Source: a virus. Taken from it: DNA of 64,000 nucleotides. Below the pieces are notes generated by a model. That model was given only the letters and a program-made list of their open reading frames with translations, was not told the DNA's origin and did not search any database. A program made the position numbers and the translations under genes. The DNA lies in IMG/VR virus record IMGVR_UViG_3300010263_000119, one strand, 5' to 3'. This document shows positions 9,628 through 19,326 of this stretch, in pieces (positions within the stretch are counted from its first letter, which is position 1; every line of letters starts with the position of its first letter).

Positions 9628-10565
9628 TACATCTTTTTTAAATCAAGTTGTACATAATGTATTCCATTTTTAATACTGTGACTGCTGCTCTCGATAATAT
9701 AATCTGAACCGTCCACCGAAATTAAATATCCCGCCCTTGTATAGCTGTCCACCGCCTCGATTATTTTAAATGAAAACGTCTCTTTCATTTTGGATAACTC
9801 GGAAAGTTTCTGCTGGGCTACTGTATCTGCATTCTCTTTCTCAGGATCAATCTTTACAACTTCCTGAAGTAAACCGAATTTATCGATTAAACCTGTGTCC
9901 TGAACTACCTTTTTCACGGAATAGTTTCCATCTGTTTCAGTAATGACCTTGACGCTGTTTTTCATATCTTCAATCGAAACCGAATGTGATGTATTGCCCC
10001 GTAGAAGTGGAGAGTAAATAAGCTGTGTGTTCGGTGACAATCTAAACTCCGGATATGCGTAAATACTTCCGATTTTGTATATGCGCAGACCCTTTGGTGT
10101 AACATCAATGTTGTAACCGCCACCGCATATCTCAAGAATATCTTTCAATATTTCCGAGATGGTTTTATCAAAATATATTTTAGTAATTTTAGTACTCAGT
10201 TCGGGTATACTGTCAATCTCAATATTAAAATCACTGCACACCTTGCGGATTGCTTTGTGCGCCGGCATAGCATTAAACTGATAAGTTTCCTTTGACTTGT
10301 TCAGATACCACCCAAAGTCGCAGGCCGTATATTTGTTAGAAGTTTTACTACCGTCGTCAACGGTCAGTACAATCCCTCTGAAGATTTCATCATTGGTGTG
10401 CATCTGAATAATACTGCCTTCATGCGGCAGATAAATATTTGTGTGCTGTGCATCGCTTTTGGCAATCTCAAAAGACATTGTTGTTGCAAGCTCTGCGATG
10501 GTATTCTGCCAGGACAGGTTACCAACAGCAGAGGTTATATTGATTCCGTCAGCATAAATATTCAT
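9627..10565 (-). CDS. Baseplate hub / XkdQ-like tail protein
   Basis: Position and motifs (FRGIV, DFGWYLNKS, GLLQEV). Confidence 0.85.
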   Translation of the reverse strand: MNIYADGINITSAVGNLSWQNTIAELATTMSFEIAKSDAQHTNIYLPHEGSIIQMHTNDEIFRGIVLTVDDGSKTSNKYTACDFGWYLNKSKETYQFNAMPAHKAIRKVCSDFNIEIDSIPELSTKITKIYFDKTISEILKDILEICGGGYNIDVTPKGLRIYKIGSIYAYPEFRLSPNTQLIYSPLLRGNTSHSVSIEDMKNSVKVITETDGNYSVKKVVQDTGLIDKFGLLQEVVKIDPEKENADTVAQQKLSELSKMKETFSFKIIEAVDSYTRAGYLISVDGSDYIIESSSHSIKNGIHYVQLDLKKM

Positions 10566-10966
10566 ACGGTGTTCACCAACTTAAATTCAGATAAAGTAAG
10601 TGTATAATATAAGTCACCGTCTTTTTTTATTGAATACTGAAAATCATCCACACAGCACACCATGTTAATCGGTGTTTCCGTTATAATCAGCCTTATCGGG
10701 TACTTTGCCTCAATCCACTTGTCTATGATGTACACATACTCAAACCCTTTATATGTTCTGTCTTTTAAGAACGGATAATCTCGTATGGGGAAGAAACTGC
10801 TGATGGTAATGCTCTTTAGCCCCGGCTTTCCAATCAGCTTTAATTCTCCCTGCGTGACCGTTTCAAAAACCTCGTTCTTCTGCGGCTTTGATATGGTAAA
10901 CTCGGCAGGAAGGACTGGAAGGCAGATGACTTGTTCACGGTTGTTCACGCTTAAATAAATATCCAA
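10562..10966 (-). CDS. Tail tube initiator (XkdP-like, no LysM)
   Basis: LPVLPAEF, GELKLIGKPGLKSITISSFFP, DLYYTLTLSEF. Confidence 0.8.
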   Translation of the reverse strand: MDIYLSVNNREQVICLPVLPAEFTISKPQKNEVFETVTQGELKLIGKPGLKSITISSFFPIRDYPFLKDRTYKGFEYVYIIDKWIEAKYPIRLIITETPINMVCCVDDFQYSIKKDGDLYYTLTLSEFKLVNTV

Positions 10967-10978
10967 TGCCCGCCCTCC

Positions 10979-13150
10979 TTACATATTAGCAAGTGCCAAT
11001 TTAAGTTTCGGCACAATTTCATTTACTACCTCATCTGCTGACTTGCCGCTTGCGTTGACATATATTTTAATGTCGTTGTTGTATGTTGTGGTACCGCCTT
11101 GCCCTTTGCTGTAATTCCTGTTCTCCGCCGCGGTCAGCACGCGCTCGCCTTTATGCAGCTTTGCAATATACCCGTCAAAGGGTACATTGGGAAGCCCTCC
11201 TGCGTGCGAACCGTCAATGTAGCCATCGCCGTCCTCATCTGTTCTTTTAAACAGTTTTACAACACCCTTAATCGGGTTTTTAAGAAAGTTTTTCAGTCCT
11301 TCCCAGAGTTCCTTTATCTTGTTTACGCCCGATGTAAATGTTTCTTTAATATTCGTCCAAAACTTTGAGAATATCTCTTTTACGGCATTCCAAATCTCAG
11401 CGGTTTTGGCTTTTATGTTGTTCCAGGTTTGGACAACAAAATCTACCACCTGACTAACGGCTCCTGTGAAAATGCCTGATATCCAATCCCATAATTCAAC
11501 AAAAAAGCCTGCGATACCGTTCCAGATATTCACCGCAGTAGTTTTCAGCCATTCCCATGCTGCTTTTATTCCGTTGCAAACGGCGTCCCAGTTTTTCCAC
11601 AAGGCGACGCTTATGGCAACAAGGGCGCCGATAGCCAGTATAATCCACCCGATCGGGCTTGCAACAAACAAAGCATTTGTTATAGCCTGCACGGTATTAA
11701 ACGCTGTCGTCGCCGCTGTCTGCACCCCCGTCATGATCGCTTGAAGCTGCTGTGAAAATGTCATGGCTACGATTTCTTTTTTCTGACTTTTGTTTAGTGC
11801 AATCGCTATGGTTTGAACCGCATTTGCAGCTGCCATTGCAACCTTCCAAGCAATTACCGAAGCGGTAATGCCTGCAATAATTGGACTTAAAACTCCCCAG
11901 TTGTTCACAAAGAAATTGTAAACGGATGTTGCCGCATTTAATATGCCAGTAAGAGCATTGCCAAGCCCGCCAAGAGTACTTCCAAGGATATTGCCAACAC
12001 TTTCAAGGTTTGTTCCCATAAGCGAAGACTTGATACCTTCTCCTATACCACTTAATAGGGCCGGGGCATTTGTTGTTATGGCAGCAGCCACCTTCTTTAT
12101 CACTTCCGTAAATCCTGTGATAAGCATGGGCAAAAGCGTCGGCAGGGAGTCTGTCAAGACGCCTATGACCGACGGCAGCATTTGTGCAAGGCCATTGACA
12201 AGCGACATAGCACCTGTGGTGATTTCCGGCATAACACTTTGTAAAAGCTCAGGTATTTTTGGCGACAGCTGCTTTATGATTTCTGACAAACCTCTTGTAA
12301 GGGTAGGGAGCAGTTCACCGACTTTTCTTGACACAACCTTTGCAACATTAATAAATGCCGATGCAATGCCTTCCGCGCTTCCGGCTCCTGACATAAAAGT
12401 CTTAAACGCCGCCTTTGCCGTATTGATAGAGCCTGCAAGAGTGTCATTTTCTTTTGCATAGTTACCGGCTGCATAGGCTGTCTTTTCTAGGAACATTTGC
12501 ATGGCAATGCCGACCTTTTCCTGCGTGGTCATGGTCTTGCCCATGGTCTTAATACCTTTGGCGGCGGCATAGGCTTTAATAGCAGTGTCATTGATTGCAA
12601 CACCCAGATTGTCCATCATGGTGAAGTTGCCCTTTGCCGCGCCTGCCACGGCTTCCATGGCGGCATCAACATCAATGCCCATAATTGAAGCTACATCTGC
12701 CGCCCTTTGCATGGCGCTTGTGGTCATGTTAAGGGATTCTTCGATAGTGAATCCGGAGCCTTGAAACAATGCTCCCATTTTATTTGCCGTTGCCAAATAA
12801 TCCGACATGGAAAGGCCCAATGTTTCAAAAGCGCCGCCGGCTTTTTCCTGAAGTGTCTTGGCGAAGCTTGCAAACACAGCCTCGCTTCCGCCGATGTTCT
12901 GTTCCAGTTCACCGGCCAAATCCAAAGACTTCACCGTCAAGCCCGTCATTGCGGCAACGCCTGTGGCGGATGCTGTCAGAAAACCCTTGCCGACTGTAGA
13001 AACTACACCGCCCAGTTTCTTAAGGGAACCCATGGCAGATGCGGAAGATTTCTTAAGCCCGCCAAGTTCTGAGGTTGCTTTTTTAATATTGACAAAAAAA
13101 TTGCCCTCTTTTAGCGAGAGGGTTGCGCCTATATTCCTCTTTTTAGCCAT
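10979..13150 (-). CDS. Tape measure protein
   Basis: 723 aa Ala/Gly-rich helical repeats; GSHAGGL..VPFDGY..LHKGERVLT C-terminal motif. Confidence 0.92.
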   Translation of the reverse strand: MAKKRNIGATLSLKEGNFFVNIKKATSELGGLKKSSASAMGSLKKLGGVVSTVGKGFLTASATGVAAMTGLTVKSLDLAGELEQNIGGSEAVFASFAKTLQEKAGGAFETLGLSMSDYLATANKMGALFQGSGFTIEESLNMTTSAMQRAADVASIMGIDVDAAMEAVAGAAKGNFTMMDNLGVAINDTAIKAYAAAKGIKTMGKTMTTQEKVGIAMQMFLEKTAYAAGNYAKENDTLAGSINTAKAAFKTFMSGAGSAEGIASAFINVAKVVSRKVGELLPTLTRGLSEIIKQLSPKIPELLQSVMPEITTGAMSLVNGLAQMLPSVIGVLTDSLPTLLPMLITGFTEVIKKVAAAITTNAPALLSGIGEGIKSSLMGTNLESVGNILGSTLGGLGNALTGILNAATSVYNFFVNNWGVLSPIIAGITASVIAWKVAMAAANAVQTIAIALNKSQKKEIVAMTFSQQLQAIMTGVQTAATTAFNTVQAITNALFVASPIGWIILAIGALVAISVALWKNWDAVCNGIKAAWEWLKTTAVNIWNGIAGFFVELWDWISGIFTGAVSQVVDFVVQTWNNIKAKTAEIWNAVKEIFSKFWTNIKETFTSGVNKIKELWEGLKNFLKNPIKGVVKLFKRTDEDGDGYIDGSHAGGLPNVPFDGYIAKLHKGERVLTAAENRNYSKGQGGTTTYNNDIKIYVNASGKSADEVVNEIVPKLKLALANM

Positions 13151-13153
13151 GCT

Positions 13154-13333
13154 TTATTTCCCACCTGCCAATGCTTTAAGTTTTTCCGCTTCCTCTTCGA
13201 TATGCAAAGCTATGCTTGCCAATAAAAATTGTTTCTCCAAGAGAGATAGATCTTTAAAGTCGCTGAATCTCCAACCCCGCTGCAGATAATGATGCATCAT
13301 GTAAAGCTCACTATCTGCAGCGATTAGTTTTTT
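13154..13333 (-). CDS. gpGT-like extension reached by a predicted -1 frameshift
   Basis: Slippery A-AAA-AAC at 13333-13327 before the TAA; -1 frame reads KKLIAADSELYMMHHYLQRG...LAGGK* to 13154, just before the TMP. Confidence 0.75.
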   Translation of the reverse strand, partial: KKLIAADSELYMMHHYLQRGWRFSDFKDLSLLEKQFLLASIALHIEEEAEKLKALAGGK

Positions 13334-13704
13334 AAATCATCAATGGGCTTTACCCCGTCAATATACCCTGCAAGCTTAATACATTCCACCGCAATCTGCG
13401 GAATTTCGCCCACATCAAAGATTTTCTCCACGATCTCCATAGGTTCTACGCACCCGAACGCGTCCTGTAGCTGTTTTGATTTCAGAGAAGGTTCTATTAT
13501 GCAGGAATACACAATATATGCGTCTCCTTTTTCCTCCATCTCCTGCGCGTCGCGGGCAAGGGCGGCGTCCGGCTCCTCTATGGTAATTGTACCGTCAAGG
13601 GATTTAACATACAAATCCTTGGTTTTCTTTTGTTTTTTGCTCTGAAGCATCTGCTCTTTTCGTCTAACAAGCTCATCAATTGTAATTTTGGTATATTTCT
13701 TCAT
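13324..13704 (-). CDS. Tail assembly chaperone (XkdN-like, gpG)
   Basis: Position between tail tube and TMP; LYVKSLDGTITI, IEPSLKSKQLQDAFG. Confidence 0.85.
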   Translation of the reverse strand: MKKYTKITIDELVRRKEQMLQSKKQKKTKDLYVKSLDGTITIEEPDAALARDAQEMEEKGDAYIVYSCIIEPSLKSKQLQDAFGCVEPMEIVEKIFDVGEIPQIAVECIKLAGYIDGVKPIDDLKN

Positions 13705-13717
13705 CTTAACACCTCCG

Positions 13718-14158
13718 TTATCTTACCCTTACCAAATCGGGGAAATCAAAATCAGTAAAGCCACCGCTGTATTCTTCCTCCAGAACTTTGGCATTTTCAA
13801 AGCTCATAAGCGTTAAATCTCCAAACCAGCAGTTATTGAGCACTAATCGCTCACTTCCAAAAGCATCGGGATCATCCAATTTTCCGATTAACTGGCAGCG
13901 GATATCCCTGCCTTGCTTAATTGCATTTGCCAGCTTGATTTGCCCTCTTGAAAAGATTTTCTTAATGGTAAAGGAAAACTCGCCAGAGTAACCTGTGAGC
14001 TTCGAATCCTTGCTCATCTGCATGGCAAAGTCCACATCCTCACGCTCAAGCTTTAAGGTTGCCTCAAACTTTGAAACCTCAAACACCGGTTCTCCGTCCC
14101 AGTAAAGCATGCCCCATTTGCCGTTCATCACACGGGGCGCCGTAGGTTTTTGCGCCAT
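13718..14158 (-). CDS. Tail tube protein (XkdM-like)
   Basis: VMNGKWG, KLDDPDAFGSER, FTDFDF. Confidence 0.9.
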   Translation of the reverse strand: MAQKPTAPRVMNGKWGMLYWDGEPVFEVSKFEATLKLEREDVDFAMQMSKDSKLTGYSGEFSFTIKKIFSRGQIKLANAIKQGRDIRCQLIGKLDDPDAFGSERLVLNNCWFGDLTLMSFENAKVLEEEYSGGFTDFDFPDLVRVR

Positions 14159-14173
14159 CTATCTCACCATCCT

Positions 14174-15229
14174 TTAACTCATGTAAATCGTGAACTTCAA
14201 ATCCTCCATGGCGTCCTGTATTTGAATGTTCGCCTTTACAAACACATTGGTTCCTGTGTTTGCCGTCTTGATTTTTTCCTCGTCCCAGCCGGATATATCC
14301 CTTGTCTGCTTCAGCCAATTTGCTGTAGCATCAATATCAATCTCTGCCTTGTTCTCAAACTTGTCATACAAAACGCCTGCATCAGCAAGATCCTTTAGGT
14401 ATTTGTTTACTGCTGCAAGGAAGATAACCTTGTTGTCATAACTGTTTTCAATTTTACCGATAAACTCATCCTCAAAGGTAGTGCGGATATCGTCCCGTAT
14501 CATATCCGCTGCCTCCACAATCTTTATCTTCTTAAAATCCTCTCCTACAGTGTCTGAAAGGGTCATTAAGGAATTCACAGCCCTTGCGATTTTAATTTTT
14601 GTACCGTCATTTATCAGGATCAGTTTGCCTGCATCAATGTCTGTATCGGGATCTTCGCTTTCGGTTATAGCCTCCACCTCCGGCAGGGCATAATACGTGG
14701 CGCTGCGGTTTAAGGGCAATCCTGCAAGAATACCTGCAATTCTCGGACAGTATTCGGCTGCGGTGTATGTTTTTGTACCCACCTTGATACCGTCCGTAGC
14801 AAAGTTTACAACACCCTCACTGTCTGCAGCGGTATCGGGCAGTACTGCCTTGAATGTTTTATGATAAGTACTGCGCTGATCGCGAATCCAATCAGCGATA
14901 GTTCCGGTTTCACCGCTTTGCACAGATGGTACCGTCAGCCAGTTCCACTTTTTGTTTTTGAGCCTTTCAAGTGCGGTATCAATATTGCCATCCGTTCCGA
15001 TACGCTCTACGATGACCGCCGAGGGGTTCCCTTGGAATACCTGTGACAAAAATGCCAGGTTGGTTGTGGTATAATGGCTTTTGACGATTTCGCTTTCCTT
15101 TGTATAAGTTTTTGTGTCAAAGGATGAGGTGTTGTCCTTTAGAATTACGGCGACAATGCCTCGCTCGCTTCGTGACACCATTGTTTCCGCTAATGTCTTA
15201 AACTGGATTATTATTTGTGGAAGTCCCAT
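14174..15229 (-). CDS. Tail sheath protein
   Basis: MGLPQIIIQFK, RIAGILAGLPLNRSATY, KIARAVNSL. Confidence 0.92.
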   Translation of the reverse strand: MGLPQIIIQFKTLAETMVSRSERGIVAVILKDNTSSFDTKTYTKESEIVKSHYTTTNLAFLSQVFQGNPSAVIVERIGTDGNIDTALERLKNKKWNWLTVPSVQSGETGTIADWIRDQRSTYHKTFKAVLPDTAADSEGVVNFATDGIKVGTKTYTAAEYCPRIAGILAGLPLNRSATYYALPEVEAITESEDPDTDIDAGKLILINDGTKIKIARAVNSLMTLSDTVGEDFKKIKIVEAADMIRDDIRTTFEDEFIGKIENSYDNKVIFLAAVNKYLKDLADAGVLYDKFENKAEIDIDATANWLKQTRDISGWDEEKIKTANTGTNVFVKANIQIQDAMEDLKFTIYMS

Positions 15230-15656
15230 TGTTTTGCTTCACCTCCGTATTTAGGGTTTTCATTTTGGGATATGTCTTTTCCTGAATGCCGGATTCCTGC
15301 ATAAAAGTAATTTCAAAATATGCAAGCAATGTACTGTTCTCATTGTCAAACACGATTTCATCGGTTGACAAAAACCTGTCTTGGACGGGTATGCTTTCGT
15401 AAAGAAATATTTTCTTAATGTTTTCAGCCATCCGCACTAACTCTTCACGCGTTTCAATTTCAGGGAAGTATGTAAGCTCAACGCTTACGGTGACCATCTC
15501 ATAAGCCTTGCCCTGCAAAGCTGTGGAAACCGGCAGCACGTCAACGAAAAATGTCGGCTTTGTAAAGCCCTGTGTAACTTCATTTGCAGTAACCGTATAG
15601 CCGTTTTTCTTCAGCATATCGGCAACCGCGGTTTGTATGTCTTTAAGAGTAATCAT
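15198..15656 (-). CDS. Tail terminator protein
   Basis: Position; GFTKPTFFV motif. Confidence 0.7.
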   Translation of the reverse strand: MITLKDIQTAVADMLKKNGYTVTANEVTQGFTKPTFFVDVLPVSTALQGKAYEMVTVSVELTYFPEIETREELVRMAENIKKIFLYESIPVQDRFLSTDEIVFDNENSTLLAYFEITFMQESGIQEKTYPKMKTLNTEVKQNNGTSTNNNPV

Positions 15657-16114
15657 AACTGCACCTCACTTGTTAAATCGTCCAGCAGCTTTTCTACGGA
15701 TTTTTCGAATGTACTTTCCATTTCATTAAAGGAAGTTTCAAGCATTTTCCTGCCTTCAACTCTGCCTTTAGATTGAATGCTGCGCACCCTTCGTTCCAGC
15801 GTATTAAGGTACCTGCTTCCTTTTCTGGTTTTGCCGCCCCGGACAATTTCATGGCCCAATTCCACAAGGTGGGCATGGCGCGCAGCAGACTGTACCCGCA
15901 CCACGCGGGCGGTGCCGTATTTTTTCGGTTTTTTAAGCCGCCAGCTGCCTTTCAGCTTTTTTGTTTTTCCTACAGGGGTTTTGGATTTCGTCCTACTTGC
16001 CGCCACGCGTCCCAGCGCCATCAGCATGGCATCCGTTTTACTCGGGTATTTCTGCTCTATCTTATGAAATGCCTGTTGCAACTCGTCAAATCCGAAAGTA
16101 CCATCATCAGCCAT
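15653..16114 (-). CDS. HK97 gp10-like tail completion protein
   Basis: TPVGKTKKLKGSW, HAHLVELGH, VEGRKML; probable start 16114. Confidence 0.85.
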   Translation of the reverse strand: MADDGTFGFDELQQAFHKIEQKYPSKTDAMLMALGRVAASRTKSKTPVGKTKKLKGSWRLKKPKKYGTARVVRVQSAARHAHLVELGHEIVRGGKTRKGSRYLNTLERRVRSIQSKGRVEGRKMLETSFNEMESTFEKSVEKLLDDLTSEVQL

Positions 16115-16601
16115 CGGTATATTCCTCCTGATTAAAGTTTTGCGACGTACTCTTGTTTGTTTCCACCGCAATAATCTGGAGTTCCTCATGGCGCTCATTC
16201 AGGTCCAGCACCGACACGATTTCAAACTCCCGTCCGTCATACAAAATCCGCATATTCGGTGTAATGTTCCTAAAAAAGCGGGTGGATATTTTGTATGTGG
16301 TTTCAGCCCGCAATTTCTGGCTTTCTTCATACTCCCGTCCGCTCATGGGCGACACAAATCCGGCAACGGAATATTCTTTTAGAGCAAGCTTGTGTGCGTA
16401 TGGTCTTCCGTCAGAATACACAAGCGCCGCATTTCCGTCAGAGTCATGCTTAAGATATACATCCTCACCTTGAACCTGCAGGGGAAGAGGGAGATACGGC
16501 TTAAACGGCTTGTATCTCGGTACCGTTTCGCCCATGCTGTTGGCTTCATTGTCGGTCGGCCTTAAGAAGATAATCCTGTGCCGAAGTTTTGAAAAGTCCA
16601 T
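16107..16601 (-). CDS. Head-tail adaptor / head closure protein with internal insertion
   Basis: KLRHRI...GREY...MRILYDGREFEIVSV. Confidence 0.8.
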   Translation of the reverse strand: MDFSKLRHRIIFLRPTDNEANSMGETVPRYKPFKPYLPLPLQVQGEDVYLKHDSDGNAALVYSDGRPYAHKLALKEYSVAGFVSPMSGREYEESQKLRAETTYKISTRFFRNITPNMRILYDGREFEIVSVLDLNERHEELQIIAVETNKSTSQNFNQEEYTDG

Positions 16602-16858
16602 TAAAACATCTCCTTCCGGTAAGTGTCCAAAAGCCGGTACACAACCTGCGGCACCGGCTCTCCATCACGCTTTTCATAAAAATGGGCTATTACTATCAGC
16701 ATTGCTTGCCGTATACTTTCGGGCAGGGTTTCAGGAAGGTCTGTCCGAAGGTAGTTTTCGCACATCTCCTTTGCAAGGAGGATGAGTATATTTAAATACC
16801 CATCCTCCTCGGTATGGTCTATCCTTAAAAACTCCTTAACCGTATCAAGGGTCATCAT
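16601..16858 (-). CDS. Head-tail connector (gp6-like)
   Basis: TLDTVKEFLRID..EED, QAMLIVIAHFYEKR; probable start 16858. Confidence 0.88.
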   Translation of the reverse strand: MMTLDTVKEFLRIDHTEEDGYLNILILLAKEMCENYLRTDLPETLPESIRQAMLIVIAHFYEKRDGEPVPQVVYRLLDTYRKEMF

Positions 16859-16862
16859 AGCC

Positions 16863-17300
16863 TTACTCCGTATAACGCGGTTTTGAAGCAATGGCATAAA
16901 TTGCGCCGGGAATGGTGGAGTTTGCCACCTTCGTGGTTTTAATGCATACCCTGTCATATCCCGCCTTAGCAAGCATGGTGTCCGTTACCGTAATTACCGC
17001 ATACTTGCTCTTGCCAGATGCGCCGCCGATAGAGAATGTCGCGCCGGTTGCCTCTTTCTCCACAAACTCTGCGTCCCCGCTTGCCATGTACATAAACGGA
17101 ATTGCCGCCGCTGTTCCGTTTGCGCCGAGCTTGCCTTCCACCGTAATAGTGGTTTCTCCGGCATCGCCCTCGCCGCTTGCAACGATAAAGGTCACCTGCC
17201 GGTAGTTTGTAAGTTCAACGAACGCTCCCGTTATTGCCGCTCCGAAGATTGTACCGGGCACTGATATGGGTATTATCTTTCCTAAAGTATCAATACGCAT
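16863..17300 (-). CDS. Putative head decoration / capsid-associated protein
   Basis: Immediately after the major capsid gene; small-residue-rich beta protein. Confidence 0.5.
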   Translation of the reverse strand: MRIDTLGKIIPISVPGTIFGAAITGAFVELTNYRQVTFIVASGEGDAGETTITVEGKLGANGTAAAIPFMYMASGDAEFVEKEATGATFSIGGASGKSKYAVITVTDTMLAKAGYDRVCIKTTKVANSTIPGAIYAIASKPRYTE

Positions 17301-17314
17301 ATTTTTTTACCTCC

Positions 17315-18586
17315 TTATCTTGCTGCCAAGGTTACAAAAGGCGACAGAGTGCTTGAGCCTTTGTATGGCGTTATCGGTTTGTTCCAAATGGGCTGGCCGT
17401 CCACACGATAAATAAACCTGAACACGCTCTCATCATACAAGAAACGTACATGTATGGAGCTTGCGGCATTGATTCCGCCTTTGTCAATAAGCAGATACTG
17501 CGACATATCCCCTAATATGATATCTCCCACAGTTCCTGCGGCGCTGCACTGCTCAAGCGGGACAACAGGCCTGCCGAACAATGTGCCATATGGCCTTTCT
17601 GAAAGCCCGCCCGCCGGAATATATACGGGTTTGTCGCCAACCGTCAAGGTGTAAAGATACGGCTCCAATTCCTGATTGATATACCATACGGCATTTGACC
17701 TGCTGCGGCCCCAGCACCTTGACCACATTTTTATGAGGTTTTCTACGGTTAACTTATCAGTCTGACCGTTTTCTTTTTCCACCGTTACAAGCGCCGGGGA
17801 GTTTAATATACCAAGAGGCTGGCCTGAACCGGTACCGTTTAGTATAACGTCGTCAATCTTAAATCCGAATTCCTCCGCAAAGCCTTGGGTTATAACACTT
17901 TGGAGCGCGGAAGCATCCTGCAAAAGCTCGTCTGTTGCATAGCAAAGTCCGGTCAGCTTTTTAAGTGACAGATCCATTGTCCTGAATTTCGGCTTTGAAG
18001 CGATTAACTGATCCGCTTCATTCTCCCAGTAGGTTTGTATGCCGCCCCATCTTGCACCGTTGGCGCGGGATGAATCGTCAAGGGCGTTGATTTTAAGTCC
18101 GTTGGCATTAGTTGAAATGGGTATCTTTTTACACTTGGGTGCCAGTATCCCTGTTTCATAAGCGTTTTTCAAAAGTTCGGTTGCAAAATCCGTCTGTACA
18201 AGGAAGCCTCCGTCAGACGGCACACTTTCATTTGCCCCGCTGGCGGAGTTTAACAGACGCTCGTCAATAACCGGACGGTTTGGCTGCGCCGCGTTATATA
18301 CCGCAATAAGCTGTTCGCCGAAGTTCGCAAACCTGCCCTTGTTGCCGCTGGAAGGCGCATCCGCCCTGTTTACCGGCACATCAACCGGTGCAGAATCCTC
18401 AAGCATCTCCGCCATTTCGGAAATGGTTTCATCCCAGTTTGCAATCTTGGCTTTCAAGTCGGAAAGTTTTTCTCTCTCCTCATCAGAAAGCGGCCTGTTT
18501 TCTTTCCCAGCGGTATCAAGCAATGCCTGGGCTTGACTTTTCAGTTCATTCCTTTTTGCCATCATGGCAAGTAGTTTTTTGTTCAT
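17315..18586 (-). CDS. Major capsid protein (HK97 fold, with delta domain)
   Basis: Coiled-coil N-terminus; DGGFLVQTDF, GSGQPLGIL, LFGRPVV. Confidence 0.95.
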   Translation of the reverse strand: MNKKLLAMMAKRNELKSQAQALLDTAGKENRPLSDEEREKLSDLKAKIANWDETISEMAEMLEDSAPVDVPVNRADAPSSGNKGRFANFGEQLIAVYNAAQPNRPVIDERLLNSASGANESVPSDGGFLVQTDFATELLKNAYETGILAPKCKKIPISTNANGLKINALDDSSRANGARWGGIQTYWENEADQLIASKPKFRTMDLSLKKLTGLCYATDELLQDASALQSVITQGFAEEFGFKIDDVILNGTGSGQPLGILNSPALVTVEKENGQTDKLTVENLIKMWSRCWGRSRSNAVWYINQELEPYLYTLTVGDKPVYIPAGGLSERPYGTLFGRPVVPLEQCSAAGTVGDIILGDMSQYLLIDKGGINAASSIHVRFLYDESVFRFIYRVDGQPIWNKPITPYKGSSTLSPFVTLAAR

Positions 18587-18603
18587 AAAAATCAATCCTC
18601 CTG

Positions 18604-19326
18604 TTAAATAATTTCAAACTCGTTTTTTAAGTTTTCAATTTCTTCCATAAATGATTTATCCTTTGATACAGGTTCAGGCGGTTTCGCCTTCGGCAGCTTT
18701 GCCAAGAGCGAATTAAACACAACCCTGCGTCCGAAGATAAATGAATCCAAAACATCATCCTTTTCGGACTCCTTATCGGTGTACAGGATTTTATCGGCAA
18801 ACCCGAGCTCCACAGCCTTTCGGGCATTCATCCATGTTTCATCCGACATCAGTCTTGATATCTTGGCTCTTGATATGCCGGTTTTCAGAGCGTAGGCATT
18901 GATAATACTCTCCTTGCATTCACGAAGGACAGCGATTGCCTGCTCCATATCGTTTTGGTCTCCTATTGCTATGGTTATGGGATCATGAATCATAAACAGG
19001 CTGGTCGGCGACATGTACACAAAATCGCCGGCCATGGCAATAACCGAAGCTGCGCTTGCGGCAATCCCGTCAATTTTAACGGTCACCTGCCCTTTGTGTT
19101 CTTTAAGGGCAGTATATATTTGACTGCCTGCCACCACATCACCGCCGGGGGAATTTATCCATACGGTGATATCCTTGCCGCTAAACTCCGCAAGCTCGCT
19201 CATAAACAACTTGGGTGTGACCTCGTCGCCCCACCAGCTTTCCGATGCTATTTCTCCGTCTAAGCGAAGTATGTTCTCACCGTTTTCCGTATGAGTAAAG
19301 TTCCAAAACTTACGCATTGTTTTCAT
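18604..19326 (-). CDS. ClpP-like prohead protease
   Basis: INSPGGDV, GIAASAASVIAMAG, MIHDP, ETWM. Confidence 0.93.
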   Translation of the reverse strand: MKTMRKFWNFTHTENGENILRLDGEIASESWWGDEVTPKLFMSELAEFSGKDITVWINSPGGDVVAGSQIYTALKEHKGQVTVKIDGIAASAASVIAMAGDFVYMSPTSLFMIHDPITIAIGDQNDMEQAIAVLRECKESIINAYALKTGISRAKISRLMSDETWMNARKAVELGFADKILYTDKESEKDDVLDSFIFGRRVVFNSLLAKLPKAKPPEPVSKDKSFMEEIENLKNEFEII

